64,000 nt of DNA from Candidatus Poribacteria bacterium (GCA_965197475.1 CBDANF010000003.1:3872001-3936000), one strand, 5' to 3'. Shown: positions 1-10,490, counted from the first letter of the stretch. Numbers and translations are program-made. The notes: generated from the sequence alone by a model not told the origin.

Positions 1-1
1 T

Positions 2-181
2 AACTCTCAACCCAATCTGTCCCTTGAACGTTTGATCGGAAAATCGCCTGAATATGTTAAGTTTTATACAGATGCCTATAGGACAAAAGTTAGATCCCTC
101 CGGACAAAGTGGGCAGCAACGGGGACCGGGACTGGATGCGGGATAATGGGAGGCTATTTAATATTGTTAATTTCGCAATAG
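2..181 (+). CDS. 3' end of a hypothetical membrane protein (partial)
   Basis: Frame 2 is open from the window start (…LERLIGKSPEYVKFYTDAYRTKVR…GCGIMGGYLILLISQ) to TAG at 179-181; hydrophobic C-terminus. Confidence 0.6.
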   Translation, partial: NSQPNLSLERLIGKSPEYVKFYTDAYRTKVRSLRTKWAATGTGTGCGIMGGYLILLISQ

Positions 182-216
182 TGCAGGTCAAGTAGAGCAC
201 ACGTAAAACTCGACAC

Positions 217-255
217 GTCTGAACCAGGATTCACAAGATTAGCGGATTACAAGGG
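217..255 (+). repeat. Short intergenic repeat (GTCTGAACCAGGATT followed by ~9-nt …GATT units)
   Basis: Inverted homologue at 63619-63660 (aatcctggaaatctgataatcctgtaaatcctggttcagaca). Confidence 0.6.
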
Positions 256-285
256 TTGTTGCCTTCTCTTTGTAACGCAAACTGT

Positions 286-582
286 ATGAAGTGTAAAAAT
301 AAAATTCCCGACCGTCGTATCCTGATTTATAATGATTTTGAGGATGCTCAGCTGCTCAACTTGCCAATACTTGTAGAAGCACACAAGTTAGAATCAAAAG
401 TAGAGATTTTAGTCGAGGATGGAATTGATAAAAAACGGTTCGCTAGTCTTATGATGCGTGTCCGTAAAAGTGCACCGCATTTAAAATTCAAGGAGTTTGT
501 GGAAATACCAACAGAAAAGATGAACGAGGTTGAACGCCAACAGGAAGCTTCCGGCAGCACCGTCATTGTATCCGAATTTTGA
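286..582 (+). CDS. Hypothetical protein
   Basis: ORF 256..582 with protein-like composition; first ATG at 286; no recognisable motif. Confidence 0.45.
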   Translation: MKCKNKIPDRRILIYNDFEDAQLLNLPILVEAHKLESKVEILVEDGIDKKRFASLMMRVRKSAPHLKFKEFVEIPTEKMNEVERQQEASGSTVIVSEF

Positions 583-645
583 CACCGGTAAGAACGATTT
601 CCAAATCGTGATGATATTCAAAATAAGCGTTCACTCCTACCGATT

Positions 646-993
646 ATGAAAAAAAATAATATGAAAAAAACAGAAAATAAAGTAGTCTATTTTGTCGGTG
701 CTTCGGGTCAGGCATATCCGTTTACGCTTTACCCTTTACACGCGGATTTACCTGATATTGGCGCAGTTTATATCTTCACACGGGTAGAAAATGGACTATA
801 CATTTCATACGAACCTTTGTATATTGGCGAAACAGGTAGGCTTACGAGTTGCTTACAGAATTACGAGAAGTGGGTATGTGTAAGTAGAAGATTCGTTAAT
901 TCTATCTGTGTCTATTTTGAGAACGATGCGGCTTCTCGGCTTCGGATGGCACGCGATCTTATCGATCAACAAGATCCGCCATGCAATCGGTAA
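646..993 (+). CDS. Small GIY-YIG-like domain protein
   Basis: GAVYIF…PLYIGET motif pair; C-terminal 'DLIDQQDPPCN'. Confidence 0.55.
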   Translation: MKKNNMKKTENKVVYFVGASGQAYPFTLYPLHADLPDIGAVYIFTRVENGLYISYEPLYIGETGRLTSCLQNYEKWVCVSRRFVNSICVYFENDAASRLRMARDLIDQQDPPCNR

Positions 994-1117
994 ACACAGT
1001 GGGGTACAAAATTACTAATGAAAGCAATTCTTAAAATAATCGTAAAATGCTGCCATACACCAAGCATGGTGCAAAATTCCGTGGATGAACTTCTTCCAAT
1101 TGTGCTAAACTCCCGTT

Positions 1118-4100
1118 CTATTCAGATATAGATAGCCGTCTGACCACAACAAGTGTTAAATCATCGTACTGTTCAGCTTCCTTAACGAAACTTTTAACAT
1201 CATCAACGATACGTTGAATCACCTCTTCAGCACTGCATTCATTAGGTATTTGGGCAGCCAACTCTTTGAATCGTTCGGTTCCATACATATCGTGATCAGC
1301 GTTAAGAGCTTCTATCAAACCATCCGAATGGAAGATAAGAAAATCCCCCTCATCTAAATCTAAAGTGATAGATTCATATTGTACGCTTTTCATACTTCCC
1401 AAGGGGAGGTCACTATTTTCAATTTCAATAATTTCAGATCCTCTTTTGAGAATTGGGTAAGGTTGCCCGCCGTTAGCGTAGTCAACTTGTTTTTCAGATT
1501 CGTTAAGGACTGCCAAGTTGAGCGCAATAAAACTGGGGCCGTACATTCGGGGAGCCAATCCTGCATTGAGGTCACTCAGGATAACATCAGCTTCTGACTT
1601 AAATCGGGCAACTTCATGTAACATGCCATTTGTAAGCACAGCATTCATTGCACCGCGTATACCTTTTCCTGCTGCATCTGCGACAGCAATGGCAGTTTGC
1701 CCGTTCGCCACAGTTAAGTAATCGAAAAAATCGCCTCCTACCTGCGTGGCAGGAATTGACATTCCTGCAATATCAAAATCTGGCGTATGTGGTGCTTGAT
1801 CAGGCAAGAGCCCCATTTGTATATTTTGTGCTTCGTTCAACTCAGCACGGATTCGCAGCATATCGGCTTCTTCTTTTTCTCGCATTTCAAGGCGTAACTG
1901 TGCTGTCTGTTTTCGGTTTATAATCAATCTAAAAAGCAGGGACCCCGCAGCTGCGAGTAAAATTAGAGAGGGTAGGAAATTACGCCATCGAGTCCAAATA
2001 GGTTCATCAATCGTAAAATTCAAAACCGCTGGTTGTTGTGTATAAGGCCACCCTTCACGAAATGCTTTTATCAAAAAGGTATAATTCCCTGATTTTAGAC
2101 CTTCATAGCGAATTTGCGGTAAACTTTTGGATGTTCCAACTTCTTCCGGAGTATAAGCATATGATGATGAAACACCCTTGAATGGGTTGATATTAAGTCG
2201 CTTGATACCAGACGGAATTGTTTGCCATGTCCAATTGTAAAAACCGAGTAATCTATATCTGTATTCCACATCATCTCTAAGTGGATTGATCCCCTGATAA
2301 CTGATAGTAATGCCTTTGATCCGGGCAGGTAGTAGTTCCTTTATCTCCGTAAATGTACGTTTGACGGATTCTGCCATAAAAGGTTCTGTGAAAGATTTTC
2401 CCGCGTCAACAGAGATGATTCGGCAAAATGGAAGTGCTCCAAAACCTGCTCGATACTGTGTAGCACCACCTTCCGTCCCAAACCATAGTTCTTCCTCGTT
2501 AGACGCATGAATGCTTGAAACATTGTTATGAATTAAGCCGTCCTTGGTCGTAACAGATTGAAAAAAGTTGCCATCGTATCGGACGACACCACCACCCCAC
2601 GTAGCAAACCATAAGTTGCCCCAATGATCTTCATGCACATCACGTAAATCATCAACAAGGAAGCCATCTGCTGTTGAATAAGCGGTGACTTCCGCACCAT
2701 CATACCGAATTGCCCCCTGAGAAGTGGCTAACCAGAGATCGCCATCAGTGGAAGTAAGTGCGCCTCTGACCTTGTCAAGTTCAACAGATACAGCGTTTTT
2801 CAACTCGGTACCGTGGTATGTCTTGATACCATCCTCAAAAACAAAAGTAATCAGTTCTAATTCATTATTTCCGAGTTCTGTAGAATTATTTGGCTGCAGT
2901 TCTGTTGAAACGGTAGAAGTTTGCACAGTTAAGAGTGGTGGCCCACTTGCTGAGCCTGGAAGCTCAGTTAGCGTATTTCCAATGTCAGGATTCTCCCAAT
3001 ACATTAACTGCCCACTGACAGTGTTGTAGAACCATTTTACAACTTTTCCTTCAGCAATACCTAAGACCGGAACCACCGATTTTAGTGGAAGTACTTCAGC
3101 ACGAATTCTACCGCTTGTACGAATATTCGAAAATCGTTTCACTTCTCCTGTTTCAAAATAACACCACAGTCGGTTTTGACTGTCGATATGTAGTGCTGTA
3201 ATATCTGCGTTCGCAGGCGGTAAAGATTCGATCGTTTTAAAAGCGATAACTTTCACGGCAACGTCTGATGAGAAACGATGTAACCCGTTGCTCCTTGGCA
3301 GGAAAAGCCAACCACCTAAAGCGATCCAAGGATTAGTACTTGAAGACACAATTGGTTCTGAATCGTTGTAGATGGTCTCTCCACCGGGACCAATTTCAGC
3401 CTGAATATTAAGAGAAAGGTTCTCAAATTCTCCATTCCTATAGCGGAAAATTCTGAAAATGGTAAAACCCTCTTGGTGCTGAATAGGCTTATCCAAAAAC
3501 CAAATATCACCATCAGTCTCAAAAATTTTGATTATCTCAGTGCGTTTATTTACTCCCTGGATTTTAAGGTTGACCTCAAATTTGAAACTATCGGTTTGCA
3601 CAGCAATGTTTGGAATGTCTGCTAATGGATATTGATAGAGTTTATCCTCTTTTGCAACGTATCGGGCAACACCACCAGGAATGCTAAGCCAGAGCGCGCC
3701 AGTGCTATCCAAATACATCATCCGAACACTATTGCTTCCTAAAATTGCACGGGTTGTATGACTAACGATTGCTGGTTGCGGTTCAAAAACCGTCACACCG
3801 TTGTCGTGACCAAACCAGATTTTACCGTCCATCGATTCAAAGATAGTCTGAATATTATCACTACCGAGTCCATCGTCAACCCGGTAAACTTTGTATGCCA
3901 ATTCTGATGAAGCCGTCAACAGGGATTCCAAGTGAAAAATACCTGCAGCTTCTCCTTCAAAATATTTGTCTTCGTATAGATGCGCACCAGTTTCACTGGC
4001 AAACCAGAGTTTGTTCCATGCATCTTCAATTTCAAAGGAACCATGCAGATAAAAATCTTGGTTTGCTTCCAGTGTTAAATTTCTCAATCGGTGAATATTA

Positions 4101-5077
4101 TTACCTTCCCAGCAACTCAATTGTCTATTATCGCTAAACCATATCCTTCCTCGTGTATCGCTTTTAACAGATACATTTCCTTTTTCCAAAAAGCTGATAG
4201 CCTGAAGTGTACCACTTTGTCTGCTGGGCCCTGCGGTAGTAGTGTCCAATACTTGTTCAAATTGCGTGCCATCATAGCGAAGAAGTAGCGATTGTCCACC
4301 GAACCAGAGGTTATCGTCAGAATCTTGCGCGATCGCATGAATAGCGCGGTCTTTGGGAAGATTTGGTAGGTTGTCCACACGTTGTAGGTTTGCACTTTGC
4401 CAAACGTTTACGTCACCATCAAAACGTATAATAAGTACACCTTGTGCATCGTTTCCGCCTATCCATATTGTGCCGTCTCGACTTTGGAAAATGACGTTTA
4501 TCTTCGCAACGGATGCCCCACCGATGTTAAGTTGGAATGGTTGGGGGGCATCTTGGCTATTTAGAGCAGTATATCGGATTATAAAATTATTGCCTCCGAC
4601 CCATACATTTCCTTCATTATCAACTGTAAGACAGTTACCATCATTAAAGTATTCAAAAGCATCCCCGTTATATCGACTGACAACGCCTACGCCTTCAGAT
4701 GGGTGTTTACTTAAAAACCAGATATGCCCCCACCTATCTTCAACGATGTCTATTGTTCGACCACGAAAAGCTTTTGAATCGCCAGAGTAGGGATCAAAGG
4801 TATTTCCATCAAAACGGCTTACACCACCCCTATCAGAACCGAACCACAGCACTCCTCGGCTATCCTGAAAGATAACGGGTACTATCGGGCCTACAAGACC
4901 GTCTGCCACAGTATAGGTTTTCATCTGTTCATACGCTATAACGTGTTCAACCAATCCAAGGCAGAAACTCAAGATTAAGATGAAAACTATTTTTTTCAAA
5001 CCATTCACAACAAACCACCTTTTATAGTTAGGGTCATTTAGTTCTCCTATTGTTTTGATCTTTAGCATAAAGCACAT
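1118..5077 (-). CDS. Membrane sensor: two-component-regulator beta-propeller repeats, Y_Y_Y-like domain, TM helix and PP2C/SpoIIE phosphatase
   Basis: Repeats such as DSRGVLWFG, EDHWGNLWFATWGGGV, DGLIHNNV; PP2C motifs VGGDFFD, ADAAGKG, HSDGLIEA, QYDDLTLVVV. True start probably a little downstream of 5077. Confidence 0.9.
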   Translation of the reverse strand: MCFMLKIKTIGELNDPNYKRWFVVNGLKKIVFILILSFCLGLVEHVIAYEQMKTYTVADGLVGPIVPVIFQDSRGVLWFGSDRGGVSRFDGNTFDPYSGDSKAFRGRTIDIVEDRWGHIWFLSKHPSEGVGVVSRYNGDAFEYFNDGNCLTVDNEGNVWVGGNNFIIRYTALNSQDAPQPFQLNIGGASVAKINVIFQSRDGTIWIGGNDAQGVLIIRFDGDVNVWQSANLQRVDNLPNLPKDRAIHAIAQDSDDNLWFGGQSLLLRYDGTQFEQVLDTTTAGPSRQSGTLQAISFLEKGNVSVKSDTRGRIWFSDNRQLSCWEGNNIHRLRNLTLEANQDFYLHGSFEIEDAWNKLWFASETGAHLYEDKYFEGEAAGIFHLESLLTASSELAYKVYRVDDGLGSDNIQTIFESMDGKIWFGHDNGVTVFEPQPAIVSHTTRAILGSNSVRMMYLDSTGALWLSIPGGVARYVAKEDKLYQYPLADIPNIAVQTDSFKFEVNLKIQGVNKRTEIIKIFETDGDIWFLDKPIQHQEGFTIFRIFRYRNGEFENLSLNIQAEIGPGGETIYNDSEPIVSSSTNPWIALGGWLFLPRSNGLHRFSSDVAVKVIAFKTIESLPPANADITALHIDSQNRLWCYFETGEVKRFSNIRTSGRIRAEVLPLKSVVPVLGIAEGKVVKWFYNTVSGQLMYWENPDIGNTLTELPGSASGPPLLTVQTSTVSTELQPNNSTELGNNELELITFVFEDGIKTYHGTELKNAVSVELDKVRGALTSTDGDLWLATSQGAIRYDGAEVTAYSTADGFLVDDLRDVHEDHWGNLWFATWGGGVVRYDGNFFQSVTTKDGLIHNNVSSIHASNEEELWFGTEGGATQYRAGFGALPFCRIISVDAGKSFTEPFMAESVKRTFTEIKELLPARIKGITISYQGINPLRDDVEYRYRLLGFYNWTWQTIPSGIKRLNINPFKGVSSSYAYTPEEVGTSKSLPQIRYEGLKSGNYTFLIKAFREGWPYTQQPAVLNFTIDEPIWTRWRNFLPSLILLAAAGSLLFRLIINRKQTAQLRLEMREKEEADMLRIRAELNEAQNIQMGLLPDQAPHTPDFDIAGMSIPATQVGGDFFDYLTVANGQTAIAVADAAGKGIRGAMNAVLTNGMLHEVARFKSEADVILSDLNAGLAPRMYGPSFIALNLAVLNESEKQVDYANGGQPYPILKRGSEIIEIENSDLPLGSMKSVQYESITLDLDEGDFLIFHSDGLIEALNADHDMYGTERFKELAAQIPNECSAEEVIQRIVDDVKSFVKEAEQYDDLTLVVVRRLSISE

Positions 5078-5173
5078 TGCTGCAGCTATTGGAAGGCACG
5101 CTTTCTAAGCGCACCGATCAAAGGTATATCACTAATTGTATAACCTACTATGATAGATATGCAATATAAAAAC

Positions 5174-6358
5174 TTATAATGTCTTTGCAGAAAAATCTCG
5201 AATTCGAGAAATAGCTTCGTCAATCACCTGATTAGGATAAGTAAGAGAAATCCTGAAATAGCCTTCGCTCCATTGTCCATATCCGAGTCCGGGCGTTACG
5301 ACAACACCTGCTTCTTCAAGAAGTGCTGTGGCAAATGCGCGACTTGAGCCATTAAAACGTTCTGGTACTGGTGCCCAGACGTACATCGTGGCTTTAGGCT
5401 TTTCAAGGAGCCACCCACTATGTGTCAGTGCATCAACCACCATATCTCTGCGTTTTTGATAAATTACGTTCAGTTTAGGTATGATTTCATCAGCAATTGA
5501 AAGTGCTTTCGCACCAGAAAATTGTAAAGCACGTAGCGATCCATTGTCAATATTATCTTTAACCTTTTTCACTGCGTCAACGACTGACGGATTGCCGACT
5601 ACAAATCCTAATCGCCAGCCTGTCATATTGAACGCTTTGCTCAAGGAAAAGAACTCAACAGCAACCTCCTCAGCTCCATCTACCTGCAGAATACTCGGCG
5701 ACCGATAACCGTCGTAAGTATTTTCACTATAAGCGTTGTCGTGTGCGATGAGGATGTTGTTTTGCCGACCAAATTCAACAGTCCGTTCAAAAAAGTCCAG
5801 ATCGGCAATTGCTGTCGTTGGGTTGTTCGGATAGTTAATCCATAGGACTTTAGCGAGACGTTTCACTTCATCTGGAATCGCATCTAAGTCAACATAGAAA
5901 TCGTTTGCCCGTAAGAGCGGTGCATAATATGTCGTTGCACTCGCAAACACATGTCCAATATTATATGTAGGATAACCCGGGCTTGCAGCGATACCGATAT
6001 CACCAGGATTCAGTATGCCCAACGCCATTTTGACAATTGCATCCTTACTGCCGAGCGTAGTGACAATCTGATTTTCAGACAAAGAAACCCCATAGCGGTG
6101 TTGATAAAAATCGCGTACTGCCTCAGGAAATTCGGCAACAGGATTGTCGCACCCATAACGGTGTCTATCAGGATCGTCTGTATTTTGAATTCTGCTACAC
6201 AAGGTATCCACGACCAAATCAGGTGTTGGAAAATCAGGGTCCCCAATGCCAAGGCTTATGACATCAACACCTCGCTCTTTGGCAGCCGCCATTTTTTGGC
6301 GCAAATCCACAAAAAGATACGGTGGAAGTTTCTGTAACCGTTCTGCGAGTGTAATCAA
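5174..6358 (-). CDS. dapL: LL-diaminopimelate aminotransferase (class I/II PLP aminotransferase)
   Basis: LPPYLF, ISLGIGDPD, NYPNNPT, HDNAYSE, FFSLSKAFNMTGWRLG; dapB nearby; likely TTG start at 6358 after GGAG. Confidence 0.8.
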   Translation of the reverse strand: MITLAERLQKLPPYLFVDLRQKMAAAKERGVDVISLGIGDPDFPTPDLVVDTLCSRIQNTDDPDRHRYGCDNPVAEFPEAVRDFYQHRYGVSLSENQIVTTLGSKDAIVKMALGILNPGDIGIAASPGYPTYNIGHVFASATTYYAPLLRANDFYVDLDAIPDEVKRLAKVLWINYPNNPTTAIADLDFFERTVEFGRQNNILIAHDNAYSENTYDGYRSPSILQVDGAEEVAVEFFSLSKAFNMTGWRLGFVVGNPSVVDAVKKVKDNIDNGSLRALQFSGAKALSIADEIIPKLNVIYQKRRDMVVDALTHSGWLLEKPKATMYVWAPVPERFNGSSRAFATALLEEAGVVVTPGLGYGQWSEGYFRISLTYPNQVIDEAISRIRDFSAKTL

Positions 6359-6414
6359 GATTGTATTTTCTCCTATGTATAATATTGCCCTGCGGTGGGC
6401 GGGTTTCACCAAAT

Positions 6415-7158
6415 TTATTTTAATTGAAGAATCGCTTGCTGCGTTTCGTTGAGTTGATTCATTATGTTTGGACTAAAATGTAATCCCTGACCACCCCAAT
6501 CCGGCATATAACCGATACTGTAGCAGTAGTAAAGGGTTCTGCGCGGTTTTCCTGAGACATTGATGACGGAACCGTGTGTGAGTGCCTCTGTGAAAATGAT
6601 CGCATCTCCCGCTTTAGCCGGTATAGGCGTAACCACAGGATTTTCATCGGGATGATTACCCCACGGCTTAGGAAAATTGCTTTTATGTGCACCGGGTATT
6701 ACTGCGAAACACCTGTCTTCAACATCACAATCAAGCATTGGAAAAACAGCTTTCGTCAATGTAGAAACCATCTCTCCATTTTTGCAGTGATACTGACACT
6801 TAGGAATAATTGGCGTTCCATGCATGTGTAAGCCGGTATAACCGCCGCCCCAACGATAAATTGTATAGGTATGATTGAGTCGATACGGTCCACCGGTCAC
6901 CCCTTCAACTACGTCTAACACCTCTGGAATGTCAACAAGCGCACTAAATACACAATCTGCCTCCAGAATGTTTGAGATATAGAGTTCTTTCTCTGTTCGC
7001 TTTGTGCCGAGGCATAACGGCGGCGGGTAATCGTTGGGGTTCATCTTCTCATACTGATCAAGCACAGCGTTGCACGATTCAATGACTGTAGGCGGGACAA
7101 CATCTTTCAAAACGATAAAACCTTGCAAATCAAATAGATATTTTTGTTCGCCTGTCAT
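6415..7158 (-). CDS. Phytanoyl-CoA dioxygenase (PhyH) family protein
   Basis: QKYLFDLQGFIVL, VIPGAHKSNF, KAGDAIIFTEALTHGS, RRTLYY. Confidence 0.85.
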   Translation of the reverse strand: MTGEQKYLFDLQGFIVLKDVVPPTVIESCNAVLDQYEKMNPNDYPPPLCLGTKRTEKELYISNILEADCVFSALVDIPEVLDVVEGVTGGPYRLNHTYTIYRWGGGYTGLHMHGTPIIPKCQYHCKNGEMVSTLTKAVFPMLDCDVEDRCFAVIPGAHKSNFPKPWGNHPDENPVVTPIPAKAGDAIIFTEALTHGSVINVSGKPRRTLYYCYSIGYMPDWGGQGLHFSPNIMNQLNETQQAILQLK

Positions 7159-7168
7159 ATTTCTATCC

Positions 7169-9259
7169 TTATTTAAGCACTTCAACTTCATATTTTAGAA
7201 TCGTTCCACCCTGTCCTGTCACTAATCCGCTTTGAGGACTACTCATGTGAATTGATGTCAAATCTGTCTGGGTATCGGTTCGCTGCGGTCTCCAGTTTTC
7301 ACCGCTATCTTTAGTGTGTAGCACTATCCCCTCTTTTCCAACCGCCCATCCTTCTAATTCAGAAATAAAAAACACATCGTAAAGGAAGTTTTGGGTGTGG
7401 CTCTCTTGGCGAAACCAACTTTTTCCGCCATCCTTCGTATGGAAAATAAACCCATCTTCACCAACAACCCACCCTATTTTTGCAGAAACAAAATAGACAG
7501 CATTTAACCAGATATTTTTGTTTCTGTCCATTTTCGTAAGTTGACGACTTAAAGTTGAAAGTTGCCATCGATTTCCGCCATCAACAGTGTATAAAAGCGT
7601 TCCAAATAGCCCAACTACCCATCCTTCTCGTTTTGATGTAAAGTGAATATCAAATAGGTTAGAAGTAACCCCACTCTGTTGACGAGACCAAGTTTTGCCA
7701 CCATTGGAAGTGTGGACAATTTCACCCGCATTCCCTACACACCAACCGGTTTCTTCATCTACAAAGAAAACAGCGAATAGGACTTGCTTCGTATTAGAGG
7801 TTTGTTGCTGCCAAACTGCACCACCGTTTGTTGTCCGCAGAATAACACCTGCCTCCGCGACTGCCCACCCTTTTTGAGGTGATACAAAATGAGTGGCACC
7901 GAAGCATTCAGCGGTACGGCTATCCTGTGCTTGCCACTTAGTACCACCGTCGTGGGTTTGTAGAATCGCACCCCGATCACCGACAACATACCCCTTATCC
8001 TTTGAAACTATACAGACATCATAAAATAGATGCGTTGGACTTGATTGTGCCTCCCATGTTAAACCACCGTTGCGAGTATGTAAAATAGTGCCATTTTCAC
8101 CAACCGCCCACCCTATTTTTTTTGAAACAAAGTCAACCGCTAATAAGAGATCGTCAGCACTGTTGTGAAAACGTGGGCCGCCGCGCTGGTGTTTCCATAC
8201 GCTACTACCATCTTTTTTGATACCAGTTGCAGTATGAAGGATAACACCTAAATCCCCTACAATCCAACCGTGCTGATTATCTGCGAAGTCAACATCGTAA
8301 AGGGTAAAAGTATGTAAACCTTCTTTGCCGAGATAATCAGGTTGACCGTATTTTTCCTTGTGACGTTGGCTACTTCCGTCAGTGACAAATTCCCAATTTT
8401 TTCCGCCATCTGTTGTAACATAGAGGCTGCGTTGATCTCCTACCACCCAGCCTGCCATCTTGTCAACAAAATGTAAACTAAACAGCGCGGATTTTGTCGA
8501 AAACTGTTCTTCCCATGTCTGTCCACCATCCGTGGTATGGTAGATATAGCCTGAGTTTTCTGTGTCATTAGGGGTGCTGTAGGTAACAATCCACCCATGG
8601 GAGTTGTCAGTAAAATGAATATCTTTTAGTGATTTTTCTTCAAAAACATCTCCATCAACTTTTTGATATGTTTTGCCACCATCAGTTGTTTTGAGAAGTG
8701 TGCCCCAATCACCTACGATCCAACCTGTAACTTCACCAAGATATAGACTGTGTAGATTATATTGTGTGCCTGTTTCAAGCTGTTCCCATGTTTGTCCACC
8801 ATCGGTTGTGTGTATGACAACGCCTCCCTCACCTACACACCACCCTTCAGATGCATTCCGAAAAAACACATCTCGCAGCGGTTTTCCATAAATTCCGCTG
8901 TTTTGTCTGTGCCAATTCTTACCACCATCTGCTGTATGCAGGATAATGCTCTCTGCACCTTCGGTATAAGATCGGTCTGTCTCATCAACACCATGACCAG
9001 AAAACACACCAACCGAATTCCCAACTGCCCAGCCGTGTGTTTCAGAAATAAAGTGGACCCCGTATAGATGTGCACTCCAATCACCTTTTAGGACGGTTTT
9101 CCACACACCTCTCGTATTTTTGGGTGTGTTGGAACAACCAATGATGGATAAAATCGTAACAAGATTTAAGAGAAGCAGAAATGAAAGTGTCCGATTTGCC
9201 CATCTATTTTTTATTCTCAAAAAGGACTTCGCTGACATCGTGTAATCCTCGGGCAGCAT
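7169..9259 (-). CDS. YCF48/BNR-repeat beta-propeller protein, probable lipoprotein
   Basis: About 13 repeats of GW.VG..G.ILHT.DGG.TW; hydrophobic N-terminus ending IIGC. Confidence 0.85.
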   Translation of the reverse strand: MLPEDYTMSAKSFLRIKNRWANRTLSFLLLLNLVTILSIIGCSNTPKNTRGVWKTVLKGDWSAHLYGVHFISETHGWAVGNSVGVFSGHGVDETDRSYTEGAESIILHTADGGKNWHRQNSGIYGKPLRDVFFRNASEGWCVGEGGVVIHTTDGGQTWEQLETGTQYNLHSLYLGEVTGWIVGDWGTLLKTTDGGKTYQKVDGDVFEEKSLKDIHFTDNSHGWIVTYSTPNDTENSGYIYHTTDGGQTWEEQFSTKSALFSLHFVDKMAGWVVGDQRSLYVTTDGGKNWEFVTDGSSQRHKEKYGQPDYLGKEGLHTFTLYDVDFADNQHGWIVGDLGVILHTATGIKKDGSSVWKHQRGGPRFHNSADDLLLAVDFVSKKIGWAVGENGTILHTRNGGLTWEAQSSPTHLFYDVCIVSKDKGYVVGDRGAILQTHDGGTKWQAQDSRTAECFGATHFVSPQKGWAVAEAGVILRTTNGGAVWQQQTSNTKQVLFAVFFVDEETGWCVGNAGEIVHTSNGGKTWSRQQSGVTSNLFDIHFTSKREGWVVGLFGTLLYTVDGGNRWQLSTLSRQLTKMDRNKNIWLNAVYFVSAKIGWVVGEDGFIFHTKDGGKSWFRQESHTQNFLYDVFFISELEGWAVGKEGIVLHTKDSGENWRPQRTDTQTDLTSIHMSSPQSGLVTGQGGTILKYEVEVLK

Positions 9260-10013
9260 TCACCACCCATCTCGCCGCTCGAATAGCACCCTTTGCAAAC
9301 GCTTCAGGGCTGTGCGCGCGGTGTACTACACTTAACTGTTCACCTTCAGTCGCAAACATGACAGTGTGATCGCCTGCGATGTCACCACCGCGAATCGCGT
9401 GTATCCCTATCTGTTTCTGTGGCCGTGGTCCGATGATGCCGTGCCGACCATAGATACCCACTTCTGCCAAATCACGGCCAAGTGCTGTGGATACAGTCTC
9501 TGCTAATCTGAGAGCGGTACCACTGGGTGAGTCCGCTTTATGGTTGTGATGTGCTTCTATCACCTCAACGTTATAGTCATCACCGAGTGATTTGGCAATT
9601 AATTCAAGGGCCTTGATCATAACGTTAACACCGAGACTCATGTTCGGTGCCATCACACATCGAATCTTTGATGCAAGTTCTTGGACTTCGGCTAACTCGT
9701 CAGTGCTAAATCCGGTCGTTGCAATTACCATCGCTTTATCTGCATCTACAACTTGTCGCAGATGCTGCAACGTGGCATCCGGTTTTGAGAATTCAATGAT
9801 AACATCTGCACTTGCAATAACATCTTTGAGTTCACTTGTGATTATAACGCCAAGTTCACCTATACCTGCAACAACACCGGCATCGCTGCCTATTTGTGGA
9901 TGCGATGCAAATTCAATTGCTCCAACAAGTTCCATATCATCTTGTTGCGCAACGCCTTGGATAATCAGTCGTCCCATACGGCCGCATGCGCCATTTATTA
10001 CTACATGAACCAT
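9204..10013 (-). CDS. dapB: 4-hydroxy-tetrahydrodipicolinate reductase
   Basis: GACGRMG, APNMSLGVN, EAHHNHKADSPSGTA, IRGGDIAGDHTV. Confidence 0.97.
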   Translation of the reverse strand: MVHVVINGACGRMGRLIIQGVAQQDDMELVGAIEFASHPQIGSDAGVVAGIGELGVIITSELKDVIASADVIIEFSKPDATLQHLRQVVDADKAMVIATTGFSTDELAEVQELASKIRCVMAPNMSLGVNVMIKALELIAKSLGDDYNVEVIEAHHNHKADSPSGTALRLAETVSTALGRDLAEVGIYGRHGIIGPRPQKQIGIHAIRGGDIAGDHTVMFATEGEQLSVVHRAHSPEAFAKGAIRAARWVVNAARGLHDVSEVLFENKK

Positions 10014-10103
10014 GATTTTTCCTTTTTTACGCTTTTGCTTGTTATTTCTGACAACGAGGTTTATTGGGTGCCTTGCGGCAATAAAGTATCTGTTTTTATG
10101 TTA

Positions 10104-10383
10104 ACGTGAGTTCGAAATAAGAATTCAAGTGTATTTGTAGGTTGGGTAGAGCGGTAAAAAACAATCTGCTGCTACCAAGTTTTCACAGGGGTTATGCTTT
10201 TCAGCACCTATCGTATGGATAGATATAGCGAAACCCAACAATTAACCGCCGCAAACATGAAAGCGTGTTGGGTTCACGTTGTTCTACCCCGCAGCGTGCT
10301 ATACGCGCACGCTGCGTTGATTTGGACGGATACCCAAAGCGCATTCGACGTTGATTCCCTACGCGGTGTAGTCAAACTCAAGT
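10104..10383. mobile_element. MITE (280 bp) with IS982-like ends and REP cargo
   Basis: Imperfect IRs ACGTGAGTTCGA / TCAAACTCAAGT; 7-bp direct repeat TATGTTA at 10097-10103 and 10384-10390; internal GTAGGTTGGG…CCCAAC hairpin. Confidence 0.75.
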
Positions 10384-10389
10384 TATGTT

Positions 10390-10400
10390 AGTATACCACA
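10390..10400 (-). promoter_or_regulatory. Extended -10 promoter candidate for dapB
   Basis: TGTGGTATACT on the minus strand; the same motif lies upstream of ribD (50320-50330). Confidence 0.45.
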
Positions 10401-10490
10401 TTCCTGAAAAAATTCGCATAAAATTGAATTGATTTAGAGAACCATTCAATGTTCGCGAAGCATTCTTATGGGAAGAGTTATAAGCCCGAA

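Noticed and set aside
10194-10391. 65-aa ORF, and likewise 53384-53677 and 63547-63854
   Set aside because: They lie within MITE/REP repeats and have no RBS or protein-like features
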